From positions 1 through 64,000 of the forward strand of contig JBDREN010000222.1 of assembly GCA_043819795.1 (NCBI GenBank): a DNA stretch of 64,000 bases, given 5' to 3'. A model generated the notes under the pieces. The model did not search any database, was not told the origin of the DNA, and worked only from the letters and a program-made list of their open reading frames with translations. The number at the start of each line of letters is the position of its first letter. The first letter of the stretch is position 1. The translations under genes were made by a program, and so were the position numbers. This document shows, one piece after another, positions 31,640 through 40,383 of this stretch. Origin of the DNA: Elusimicrobiota bacterium. Its GTDB lineage: Bacteria; Elusimicrobiota; Elusimicrobia; UBA1565.

Positions 31640-32467
31640 ATGATTCAAAAAGAATCCGGTTGGCTTACGACGGGACAGGCGGCCAAGCTTTGTTCTGTCA
31701 CTCCCGACACGGTGCTGAAGTGGATTAGAAAGGGACGGTTGGAAGGGGTGAGGACCGCCGGCGGACACTACCGCGTGCGCCGGGATGACCTTGGCGGAAT
31801 GCGCACCGAGGGGCGGACCTGCGGGGCGGGTGCCCCGGGTATGGACCCCTTGATGCATAATCTGCGGTGCTGGGAATATCTCGCCGAGGGAGGCGTCGTC
31901 CGCGAGGCCTGCAAGACTTGCGTGGTCTATCGGGTGCGGGCGGCACGGTGCTTCCAGATGGCGGAGATGGGCCCCGGCCTCGGACATGCGAAACGCTTCT
32001 GCCGGTCGTCCTGCGAAGAATGCGTCTACTACCGGCGCGTACACGGGCTCGACACGAACGTGCTCGTCGTCACGCCGGATGAGGACCTCATCAAGCGGCT
32101 GAAGGCGCAGGAGCGAAAGGGGATGGCGCTGCGCTTCGCCCGCAACGGCTACGAGGCCTCGACCGTCGTGCAGGCCTTCCTGCCGGCGTTCGCTGTCGTC
32201 GACCAGCGGGTGATCGAGGCCGGGGGCGAAGGCCTCCTGGACTGCCTGTCGGGCGACGAGCGCCTGCCGGGCCTGAAGATCATCGTCGCCGCGGTGAAGG
32301 ACGCCCCTGGCCCGGAGGCGTGGGACGGGCGCTCGGTGGCCGGCGTGGTTGAGAAGCCGTTCGGCGTGGATGAGATCGCTTCGGTGATCGGCAGCTTCCC
32401 GGTCGAGTCCGCCGGACCGGAGAACGGCACGCCTCATTGCGAAGGACCGGACAAGGAGGATCCATGA
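31640..32467 (+). CDS. Putative transcriptional regulator 3: HTH + Cys-rich domain + degenerate receiver
   Basis: LTTGQAAKLCSVTPDTVLKWIRKGRLEGVRTAGGHYRV; same 7Cys/1His spacing; FLPAFAVVD...VEKPF. Confidence 0.85.
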   Translation: MIQKESGWLTTGQAAKLCSVTPDTVLKWIRKGRLEGVRTAGGHYRVRRDDLGGMRTEGRTCGAGAPGMDPLMHNLRCWEYLAEGGVVREACKTCVVYRVRAARCFQMAEMGPGLGHAKRFCRSSCEECVYYRRVHGLDTNVLVVTPDEDLIKRLKAQERKGMALRFARNGYEASTVVQAFLPAFAVVDQRVIEAGGEGLLDCLSGDERLPGLKIIVAAVKDAPGPEAWDGRSVAGVVEKPFGVDEIASVIGSFPVESAGPENGTPHCEGPDKEDP

Positions 32468-32781
32468 CGAAGGTGGAGGGTGCGGTCGAAAGCGGCGAGT
32501 TCGATGACGATGGTTTCCTCAAGACGATGTCCGGGTGGGACCAGGAGATGGCGCAAGAGCTCGCCCGGGAGCACGACATCGGCCCGCTGACGGACGAACA
32601 CTGGAAGGTGATCAAGTTCGTGCAGATGTACTACAAGACCAACGGCACGGGCCCGTCGGTCTTGAAGCTGCATAAGGAGACCGGCCTGAGCTCGGCCGAC
32701 ATATGCCGCCTCTTCCCGTGCGGGATGGTGAAGGGGGCGTATCGGCTGGCCGGCCTGCCGCGCCCTTCGGGGTGCGCGTAG
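32464..32781 (+). CDS. DsrC/TusE-family sulfur relay protein with CysA only (TusE-type)
   Basis: DDDGFL...W...LTDEHWKVI...LFPCGMVKGAYRLAGLPRPSGCA; ATG overlaps the regulator 3 stop (ATGA); AGGAGG RBS. Confidence 0.88.
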   Translation: MTKVEGAVESGEFDDDGFLKTMSGWDQEMAQELAREHDIGPLTDEHWKVIKFVQMYYKTNGTGPSVLKLHKETGLSSADICRLFPCGMVKGAYRLAGLPRPSGCA

Positions 32782-32809
32782 GACTCAAGACGAACGGAGG
32801 AGGGAGACT

Positions 32810-33529
32810 ATGGATATCGTGAGGTTTATGGCGGGAGGGGTGCTCCCGTACGTCGCGCTTGCCGTATTCGTCGGCGGCATGACCTACAAGATACGCGCGT
32901 GGACGACGCTGGCGTCGCCGCCGATGACGCTTTTCCCGGCTCCCGTGACCGGAGAGGCCAACATCCTCAATACCGTCCAGGAGGCGGTGCTGTTCAAGAG
33001 CCTGTTCAAAGGCGACCGGGTGCTGTGGGCCTTCGCGTGGGTGTTCCACGCGGTACTGGCGCTCATCGTCATCGGGCACTTCAGGGTCGTCGCCAATGTG
33101 GACGTGATCCTCATGAAGCTGGGGATGAGCGAAGAGGCCATCGCCGGCATGTCCAGCGGCGTCGGAGGGGCGGCCGGGGTCGTGATCCTCGCCGCGGCGT
33201 TTTTCCTTCTGGCCCGCAGGTTCGTGGTGCCCCGGGTGGCGGAGATTACGGGAGCCAGCGACTACCTCGCGCTGCTGCTTGTCGCGGCGATCATCATCAC
33301 CGGCAACATGATGCGTTTCGGAGCGGAGCATTTCGACCTGGCGTTGACGCGCGACTACTTCGCCGCGCTCGCGACGTTCTCCGGCGCCGCGAAAGCGGCC
33401 GCGCTGGATAACGGCGTATTCCTGGTCCACATGTGCCTCGCGCTCTCGCTGGTCATGGTCATGCCGTTCAGCAAGCTCCTGCATTTCGGCGGGATCTTTT
33501 TCACGCATCAGCTTGTCCGGAAGCATTGA
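32810..33529 (+). CDS. NarI/DsrM-like di-heme cytochrome b membrane subunit
   Basis: Five TMs; FH-x9-H and H-x17-H (PFSKLLH) with all four His; LFKSLF and DY motifs as in DsrM. Confidence 0.88.
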   Translation: MDIVRFMAGGVLPYVALAVFVGGMTYKIRAWTTLASPPMTLFPAPVTGEANILNTVQEAVLFKSLFKGDRVLWAFAWVFHAVLALIVIGHFRVVANVDVILMKLGMSEEAIAGMSSGVGGAAGVVILAAAFFLLARRFVVPRVAEITGASDYLALLLVAAIIITGNMMRFGAEHFDLALTRDYFAALATFSGAAKAAALDNGVFLVHMCLALSLVMVMPFSKLLHFGGIFFTHQLVRKH

Positions 33530-33568
33530 GGCGAGTCCGGATCAACCGACTCGGAGAAGGAGGCCAGG

Positions 33569-34996
33569 ATGTCCAAGCAGAAGGTGAACGATAAAGTCGC
33601 CGGCGCGGCCGGCAAGAAGCGGCAGGCGCCCGAGTCCGACGCGGCGGGCAAGAAGAACGGGCAGCCGTCGCCCGCGGACGTGAAGAAGACCGTCGTGGAC
33701 GCCGTCAAGGCCATCAAGAACGGCCCGCGGGCGATGAAGATGTACATGGAAATGTGCGCCAAGTGCGGGACGTGCGCCTCCGTTTGCCCGGTCTACTACG
33801 GCAAGAGCGAGAAGCGGTACAACCCGGCCGAGAGGACGGACCTGATCCGGCGCATCTACAACAAGTACTGCACGACCGGGGGAAAGCTTTTCGGGAAGCT
33901 CGCCGGAGCGGAGGACTTCAATCCGGAGGACATCCATGAGTGGAAGCAGATCTTCTACGAGTGCACGGGCTGCCGCCGGTGCGCCACGTTCTGCCCCTTC
34001 GGGATCGATCACTCGGTGATCACGCGAAAGGGCCGGGCCATCCTCGACACGCTGGGGCTCACGCCCGAGACGATGGCGAAGGTCGTGAAGATCTCGCTCG
34101 AGACGGGCAACACCGACGGCGCCGGCGCGGCGGCCTTCAAGGAGGCCATCAACTTCCTCGAGGAGGAGATGGAGGAGGAGAACGGCGTCAAGATCAAGAT
34201 CCCGGTCGACGTCGTGGGCGCCGAATACTTCTACGTGCCGCCCTCCGGGGACGTGCTCGTGAACCCGGAGGCCACCATGGGCGTCGCCAAGGTGTTCCAC
34301 GCCCTGGGGATGGCCGACAAGTGGACGATGAGCTCGAAGTGCTTCGACGGCGCCAACTACGGGCTCTTCACCGGCAACGACGCCCACATGAAGGCGGACA
34401 ACAAGCTGTACGTCGAGGAGACGAAGCGCCTCGGCGCCAAGACCCTGCTGATGGGCGAGTGCGGCCACGCCCACCGCATCATGAAGATGATGATGGAGAA
34501 GGCGAGCTGGTGGGGCAAGCTTCCCTTCCAGATCACAAACTGCATGCAGTGGACCGCCGCGCGCGTCCGGGAGGGCCGGCTGCGGTTCGACAAGAGCAAG
34601 AACAAGATGCCGGTCACCTATCACGACCCGTGCAACTTCGGACGCTCGTGCGGCATCACGGAGGAGCCGCGGGAGATCCTCAAGGCCGCGTGCTCCGACT
34701 TCCGCGAGATGACTCCCAACCGGTCGGAGAACTGGTGTTGCGGCGGCGGCGGCGGGCTCTCCGCCATGGACGACATCCGGGAGTTCCGGATGACGGTCTC
34801 CGGCACGAAGAAGCTGGAGCAGGTCCGGGCGACCGGCGCGAAGTACGTGGCCACCGCCTGCTCCAACTGCAAGCGCCAGCTGACCCAGCTCATGGAGCAT
34901 CACAAAGAGGAGATCGAGGTCGGCGGGGTCCACGACATGCTTTCGCGGGCGATCCTTATCGACGGGAAGGCGGCGGACCGGAAGGATCATCGTTAG
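33569..34996 (+). CDS. DsrK-like Fe-S oxidoreductase (CCG domain)
   Basis: CAKCGTCASVCP, FYECTGCRRCATFCPFGID, GANYGLF, GECGH, YHDPCN, WCCGGGGG, ACSNC. Confidence 0.9.
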   Translation: MSKQKVNDKVAGAAGKKRQAPESDAAGKKNGQPSPADVKKTVVDAVKAIKNGPRAMKMYMEMCAKCGTCASVCPVYYGKSEKRYNPAERTDLIRRIYNKYCTTGGKLFGKLAGAEDFNPEDIHEWKQIFYECTGCRRCATFCPFGIDHSVITRKGRAILDTLGLTPETMAKVVKISLETGNTDGAGAAAFKEAINFLEEEMEEENGVKIKIPVDVVGAEYFYVPPSGDVLVNPEATMGVAKVFHALGMADKWTMSSKCFDGANYGLFTGNDAHMKADNKLYVEETKRLGAKTLLMGECGHAHRIMKMMMEKASWWGKLPFQITNCMQWTAARVREGRLRFDKSKNKMPVTYHDPCNFGRSCGITEEPREILKAACSDFREMTPNRSENWCCGGGGGLSAMDDIREFRMTVSGTKKLEQVRATGAKYVATACSNCKRQLTQLMEHHKEEIEVGGVHDMLSRAILIDGKAADRKDHR

Positions 34997-35017
34997 ATCC
35001 TCCGGCAGGCTCTGAAA

Positions 35018-35048
35018 GACAGGCCTCCCCCCCACGGGGAGGCCTGTC
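35018..35048 (+). terminator. Hairpin, probable terminator or mRNA-stabilising stem
   Basis: 13-bp stem GACAGGCCTCCCC/GGGGAGGCCTGTC about 20 bp after the DsrK-like stop; weak U-tract. Confidence 0.5.
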
Positions 35049-35155
35049 GCTTGTCGGGGGGCCGATCGCGCCCTTCCCCCGCACCCTTCCCCCGCGGCCT
35101 GGCGTCACCTCCTTAGGTCTGCTATCCTGGAGGAGGCGGGGACCGTCGCCGTTTC

Positions 35156-36592
35156 ATGCCGGGGGAAGCGATGGACGAGAGATTCTATGAGCAGTGCTTC
35201 GACGAGATGCCGTGCTATGTCTCGGTGCAGGACAAGGACCTGCGCATCCTCAAGACCAACCGGCGCTTCAAGGAGCACTTCGGCGAGGGAGTGGGGGAGC
35301 ATTGCTTCAAGATCTACAAGTGCCGGGAAGAGAGATGCCCCGAGTGCTCCGTGGCCAGGACCTTCGAGGACGGGAAGAGCCACGGGAGCGAGGAGGTCGT
35401 CCGGACCCGGAACGGGGAGCCGGTCTCGGTCATCGTGTACACCTGTCCGCTTCGCGACGAGCGGGGCGAGGTGGTCTCGGTGCTGGAGATGTCCACCGAT
35501 ATCACGGAGGTCAAAAGGCTCCAGAAGAAGCTCGACGAGAGCCAGAAGCTCCACGGCCTGCTGTTCTCGGAAGCGCCGTGCTACATCTCGGTCCAAGACC
35601 GCGACTTCAAGATCGTCCACGCCAACCGTCGCTTCAAGGAGGACTTCGGCGAGGAGGATGGGCACTGCTACGAGATATACAAGCACCGGACGGAGCGGTG
35701 TCTGGACTGCCCCGTCGCCCTGACGTTCGAGGACGGGCGGTCCCATCACAGCGAAGAGGTCGTGACGTCCCGTTCGGGCGAGCGGGTCAACGTGGTCGTG
35801 CGCACGGCGCCCATCCGGGATGAGAAGGGCGAGATCGTCCAGGTGATGGAGATGTCCACCAACATCACCGAGATCCGTCAGCTGCAGGAGCAGCTCACCT
35901 CCCTGGGGCTGCTGGTGAGCTCGATCTCCCACGGCGTCAAGGCGCTCCTGACCGGCCTGCGGGGCGGCATCTATATGCTGAAGACCGGCTACAAGAAGCG
36001 GGACGAGGCCCGCATCACCCGGGCGTGGGAGATGGTCGAGGGGAACGAGGCCCGGATTCGCAGCATGATCGGCGACATCCTGTACTACGCCAAGGAGCGG
36101 GACTTCGACATGCAGCCCGTGGACGCGGCCAAGCTCCTGAAGGACGCCGGCGGCCTGCTCCAGGCTCGGGCCGCGAGCCTTGGCGTCGCCTTGGATCTCC
36201 GGTCCGACGCCGCCGCCGGAGAGTTCGACGGCGACGGCGCGGCTTTGCTGTCCGCGCTGGTTAATCTCGTCGAGAATTCCTTGGACGCCTGCCGCGTGGA
36301 TAAAAAGAAGCCGGCTCACGCCGTCACGGTCGGGGTCAGGAGCGACAAGGAGCACATCCTTTTCGAGGTCTCGGACAACGGGATCGGTATGGACCAGGAG
36401 ACCCGCGAGAAGGCGTTCAGCCTCTTTTTCTCCTCCAAGGGGACCGAGGGGACGGGCCTGGGGCTGTTCATCGCCAACAAGATCGTGACGAAGCACCTCG
36501 GCACGATAGCCATCGACTCGACGGAGGGGGAAGGCACCCGCTTCACAGTGAGGCTCCCGAGGAGATGGTCTGCGCCCGAGGAAAAAAGCTAG
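35156..36592 (+). CDS. Cytoplasmic PAS-PAS sensor histidine kinase
   Basis: Two duplicated PAS domains ending EMSTDITE/EMSTNITE; H-box SISHGVK; NLVENSLDA, DNGIG, FFSSKG, GTGLGL; no TM; start may be ATG 35171. Confidence 0.92.
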   Translation: MPGEAMDERFYEQCFDEMPCYVSVQDKDLRILKTNRRFKEHFGEGVGEHCFKIYKCREERCPECSVARTFEDGKSHGSEEVVRTRNGEPVSVIVYTCPLRDERGEVVSVLEMSTDITEVKRLQKKLDESQKLHGLLFSEAPCYISVQDRDFKIVHANRRFKEDFGEEDGHCYEIYKHRTERCLDCPVALTFEDGRSHHSEEVVTSRSGERVNVVVRTAPIRDEKGEIVQVMEMSTNITEIRQLQEQLTSLGLLVSSISHGVKALLTGLRGGIYMLKTGYKKRDEARITRAWEMVEGNEARIRSMIGDILYYAKERDFDMQPVDAAKLLKDAGGLLQARAASLGVALDLRSDAAAGEFDGDGAALLSALVNLVENSLDACRVDKKKPAHAVTVGVRSDKEHILFEVSDNGIGMDQETREKAFSLFFSSKGTEGTGLGLFIANKIVTKHLGTIAIDSTEGEGTRFTVRLPRRWSAPEEKS

Positions 36593-36626
36593 AATCCTCC
36601 CCATCCGATATCAGAGGTGGGCAGGC

Positions 36627-37010
36627 ATGGCGAAGAAGATCCTGGTCGTGGACGATGAGCCGGATACCGTCACGTTCCTGACGACGCTGCTTGGCGACAA
36701 CGGTTACGAAACGTTCTCCGCGGGCGACGGAGACGAGGCGAAGGGCGTGCTGGAGAGGGAAAAGCCGGACTTGGTCACGCTCGACATCGTCATGCCGAAC
36801 AAGTCGGGAGTGAGGCTGTTCAGGGAAATGAAGCAAAGCCCCGACCTCAAGGACATCCCCGTCCTCTTCGTTTCCGGGCTGGGGGATTTCAAGAACTTCA
36901 TGCAGAAGATCAAGCCCCTGCCGGACCCGACCTCCTTCGTCGAGAAGCCGCTGGACGAGAAGGTCGTGCTGGAGGCCGTCCAGAAGGCTCTCTCCCCCGC
37001 GGGCGCGTAG
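36627..37010 (+). CDS. Single-domain response regulator (receiver only)
   Basis: ILVVDDEP...PDLVTLDIVMP...FVSG...VEKP, all conserved receiver residues present. Confidence 0.93.
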   Translation: MAKKILVVDDEPDTVTFLTTLLGDNGYETFSAGDGDEAKGVLEREKPDLVTLDIVMPNKSGVRLFREMKQSPDLKDIPVLFVSGLGDFKNFMQKIKPLPDPTSFVEKPLDEKVVLEAVQKALSPAGA

Positions 37011-37129
37011 GTCCGGCCCAGGAGCGGGGACGGGCGGTCCCAGGAATCCCCGCACATTGACGACGGAGCCTCGGCGTCCGGTGTTCCCGCCTCAGGGCGC
37101 CGAGACGCGCGTCGCGGACAGGACTCGGG

Positions 37130-37792
37130 ATGGATAGCAAGCCTACCAAAGAGGACTCCCTGCGGTACTTCGCGGGGTTGCTGGAGAGGAACGAGGAGCA
37201 CGCGCGGGCGCACGGCGCGTCGTACGGCGCGCTCAAGAGCGGCCAGCGGCCCAAGGTCGTGATCGCCTTCTGCTCCGACTCGCGGCTGCAGACCTGCATC
37301 TTCGGCGACAGCCTGGACTTGGTAAACAACCTTTTCGTCGGCCGGGATATCGGCAACACGTATTCGGACAGCGAGGGCGCGGTGGACTACGCCCTCCGGC
37401 ACCTGGGCGTCCCGGTGCTGTTCATCATGGGGCATACGGGGTGCGGCGCGGCCGAGGCGGCGCGCGGCGATTATGCTGGCGAGACCGAGGCGATCCGCGC
37501 GCGGCTGGGCAGGCTGAAGACCGGCGAAGACGAGGCGCACGATCCGGAGGCGAACGTGGACGCCCAGGTCGGGCTCGCCCTGCGGCGATATCCGGAGAAG
37601 GTGTCGAGCGGCGATCTGGTCGTCATCGGGGGGGTCTTCGACCTCGTGGGCCATTATGGGGGTCTGCCGGGCAAGGTCTACCTGACCAACCTCAACGGGG
37701 CGACCGGCGTCGGACGGATCAAGGAGGGGCTTTCCCGCTGCGGGGCCTTCCCGGACGGGCTGCTGGACGCGACCGTCAGAAGACTTCCTTGA
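37130..37792 (+). CDS. Beta-class carbonic anhydrase
   Basis: GQRP....CSDSR and GHTGCGA zinc-ligand motifs; DYA..HL. Confidence 0.85.
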   Translation: MDSKPTKEDSLRYFAGLLERNEEHARAHGASYGALKSGQRPKVVIAFCSDSRLQTCIFGDSLDLVNNLFVGRDIGNTYSDSEGAVDYALRHLGVPVLFIMGHTGCGAAEAARGDYAGETEAIRARLGRLKTGEDEAHDPEANVDAQVGLALRRYPEKVSSGDLVVIGGVFDLVGHYGGLPGKVYLTNLNGATGVGRIKEGLSRCGAFPDGLLDATVRRLP

Positions 37793-37819
37793 AAGTACCC
37801 GCGTCTTAACGGGCTCTGG

Positions 37820-37849
37820 TTGACATCCGCCGCTCGATAGAATTATGAT
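37820..37849 (+). promoter_or_regulatory. Putative sigma70 promoter of qmoCAB
   Basis: TTGACA (37820-37825), 18 bp, TATGAT (37844-37849). Confidence 0.6.
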
Positions 37850-37925
37850 ACGGGCGCCCGCGAGCGCGGGCGCGAGCCGGACAATCCATTTTTTCTCAGA
37901 AACCGCCGGAGCAAGGAGACGCTGA

Positions 37926-39059
37926 ATGGGCTCAGGACGAACGATCGACGCCGACGTGGGTTTCATCCGATTCCTGAAGAGGTCCGGGGGCGCTGACGTC
38001 AAGAAGTGCTTCCAGTGCGCGACATGCTCGGCGGTATGCAACCTTTCCCCCGCCGAAAAGCCCTTCCCCAGAAAAGAGATGCTTCTCGCGGGGTGGGGGC
38101 AGGCGGAGAAGCTGGCCAAGGACCCCGATATCTGGCTGTGCCATCAGTGCAACGATTGCTCGACCTACTGCCCGCGCGGCGCGAAGCCGGGCGACGTGCT
38201 GGCCGCGATCCGCTCCTACGTTTTCCAGCATTTCGCGTTCCCTTCCTTTATGGGGAAGGCTTTGGCGAGCCCGAAGGCCCTTCCGTGGCTTATCCTGGCG
38301 CCGATGATCATCATCGGGCTTCTTCTCCTCGGCCGCAAGCCCGATTTCACGCAGGGGCAGGTCATCTACGACCACTTCATAAGCGTGCATTGGCTGGAGC
38401 CCCTCTTCATAGGCGGCAACATCCTCGTGTTCTTCTGCGCCTTCATGGGGCTCTGGCGCTTCTGGAACGGTCTGGAGTCGCCGTCCGCGAAGGCCGAGGT
38501 GGGGTTCGTGAAAGGAGCCATCGAGGCGGTCAAGGATATCCTGACCCACGCCAACTTCTTTGAATGCGACGAGAACAAGTCCCGCGCGTACGCGCACCTG
38601 CTCGTCTTCTTCGGCTTCTGCGGCGCGGCGATGACCGCCGGCATGGGCGCCATGGCGCTCAAGGTCCTCGGGATCGAATCCCCCTATACGTTCGACCATC
38701 CCATGGTCTTCGTCAGGCTGATCAAGTGGATAGGGAACCTGTCGGCGATCGCGGGCATCGCGGGGACGATCTGGCTCCTGGTCCGACGCTTCACCGACCC
38801 TGAGAACGTCGGCGCCAACGGCTACCAGGACTGGCTCTTCCTCATCGTGATCTTCCTCGCCTTCATCACGGGCTTCCTGACCCAGGTCGTGCGGATGACC
38901 GGCGCGGACATCGCCTTCCTGGTGTATTACATCCACCTCGTGGTCGTCTTTTTCCTCTTGTGGTACGCCCCCTACTCGAAGTTCGCTCACATGTTCTATC
39001 GGAGCCTCGCCTTCGTCCACGCGCGCAGCGCCGGGCGCGGGAAGAAGGAGAGGCCGTAA
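37926..39059 (+). CDS. qmoC: Quinone-interacting membrane-bound oxidoreductase subunit C
   Basis: KKCFQCATCSAVC.LSP...PFPRKEM, WLCHQCNDCSTYCPRGAKPGDVL, then a TM domain ending PYSKFAH. Confidence 0.93.
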   Translation: MGSGRTIDADVGFIRFLKRSGGADVKKCFQCATCSAVCNLSPAEKPFPRKEMLLAGWGQAEKLAKDPDIWLCHQCNDCSTYCPRGAKPGDVLAAIRSYVFQHFAFPSFMGKALASPKALPWLILAPMIIIGLLLLGRKPDFTQGQVIYDHFISVHWLEPLFIGGNILVFFCAFMGLWRFWNGLESPSAKAEVGFVKGAIEAVKDILTHANFFECDENKSRAYAHLLVFFGFCGAAMTAGMGAMALKVLGIESPYTFDHPMVFVRLIKWIGNLSAIAGIAGTIWLLVRRFTDPENVGANGYQDWLFLIVIFLAFITGFLTQVVRMTGADIAFLVYYIHLVVVFFLLWYAPYSKFAHMFYRSLAFVHARSAGRGKKERP

Positions 39060-39104
39060 CGGGCCGTCCGCGGCGATCGGACGGATCCCCCCAGGGAGAA
39101 GGCA

Positions 39105-40379
39105 ATGACTAATGATGAGAAGCGCGATTCGTTGACCGCCGACGTGCTGGTCGTGGGCGGCGGGATCGCCGGCATGACCGCGGCGATCGAGCTCACCGAG
39201 GTGGGCAAGCGGGTCATCCTCGTTGAGCGGAGCCCCTCGCTGGGCGGACGGGTCGTGGCGTCCAACCAGTACTTCCCCAAGCTGTGCCCGCCGACCTGCG
39301 GGATGGAGATCAATCTGAAGAGGATAAGGGCGAACCCTCTCATCACCGTCCTCACCCTTGCCGAGGTGGAGAGCATCACGGGATCGCGGGGCGCCTACGA
39401 GGCCCTGGTCAGGCTCGATCCGCGCTACGTCAACGAGAAGTGCACCGGCTGCGGCGACTGCGCCAAGGCCTGTGAGATCGAGCGCCCCAACGACCTCAAC
39501 TTCGGGCTCGACAAAACGAAGGCCGCGTACCTGCCGCACCTGATGGCCTATCCCTTCCGGTACGTCATAGACCCCGCCTTCGTCGCGGACGAGGGGATCA
39601 AGAAGTGCGCCGAGGCCTGCAAGTACGGAGCCGTCGACCTCGACATGCAGCCCCGGACCGTCGCGGTCAAGGCCGGCGCCGTCGTGTGGGCGACGGGCTG
39701 GAGGCCGTATGACGCCCGCAAGCTCGACCGGCTCGGCTTCGGCAAGTACGCCAACGTCGTCACTAACGTGATCATGGAGCGGCTGGCGTCGCAGAACGGC
39801 CCGACCGGCGGGAAGATAGCGAGGCCGTCGGACCAGCAGGGCGTCAAGAAGATCGGGTTCGTGCAGTGCGCGGGGTCCCGCGACGAGAACCACCTCCCCT
39901 ATTGCTCGGCGGTCTGCTGCCTGGCTTCGATGAAGCAGGCCACCTACGTCCGCGCGCAGTACCCGGACGCGGAGATCCACATGTTCTACATCGACGTCCG
40001 CGCGCCGGGCCGGATGGAGGACTTCTACACGAAGGCGCAGGAGGACAAGAAGCTGTTCTTCCACCGGGGGAAGGTCGGGACGATCACCGAGGTCCCCGAG
40101 AGCAAGAACCTGATCCTGGAGGCCGAGAACACCCTCACGGGAGATATCGTCAAGACGGAGGTCGACATGGCGGTGCTCGCCGTCGGCATGGTGCCCAACA
40201 CGGCCGACGCGCCGCCGCCGCTCGACACGCCCCGGGACGATTTCGGGTTCATCGCTCCCGACGAGGACGCCGGGGTGATCGGCGCCGGGACCTCGACGCG
40301 GCCTCTGGATGTGTCGTCCTCCGTGCAGGACGCCACGGGCGCCGCGGCGAGCGCCTTGATTGCCGTTTCTGGGAGGTAG
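39105..40379 (+). CDS. qmoA: QmoA, HdrA-like flavoprotein
   Basis: VVGGGIAG, YFPKLCPPTCG, GPTGGKI.RPSD, QCAGSRDENHLPYCSAVCCLAS, SSVQDATGAA. Confidence 0.93.
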   Translation: MTNDEKRDSLTADVLVVGGGIAGMTAAIELTEVGKRVILVERSPSLGGRVVASNQYFPKLCPPTCGMEINLKRIRANPLITVLTLAEVESITGSRGAYEALVRLDPRYVNEKCTGCGDCAKACEIERPNDLNFGLDKTKAAYLPHLMAYPFRYVIDPAFVADEGIKKCAEACKYGAVDLDMQPRTVAVKAGAVVWATGWRPYDARKLDRLGFGKYANVVTNVIMERLASQNGPTGGKIARPSDQQGVKKIGFVQCAGSRDENHLPYCSAVCCLASMKQATYVRAQYPDAEIHMFYIDVRAPGRMEDFYTKAQEDKKLFFHRGKVGTITEVPESKNLILEAENTLTGDIVKTEVDMAVLAVGMVPNTADAPPPLDTPRDDFGFIAPDEDAGVIGAGTSTRPLDVSSSVQDATGAAASALIAVSGR

Positions 40380-40383
40380 GGGG

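Noticed and set aside
25938..32467. Excisionase-like HTH genes as evidence of a prophage or integrative element
   Set aside because: The HTHs are fused to sensory domains; no integrase, att-like repeat, tRNA or phage gene in the window
27294..33529. Respiratory nitrate reductase gamma subunit (narI) calls for the two membrane proteins
   Set aside because: No narGHJ present; each is paired with a DsrK-like CCG protein
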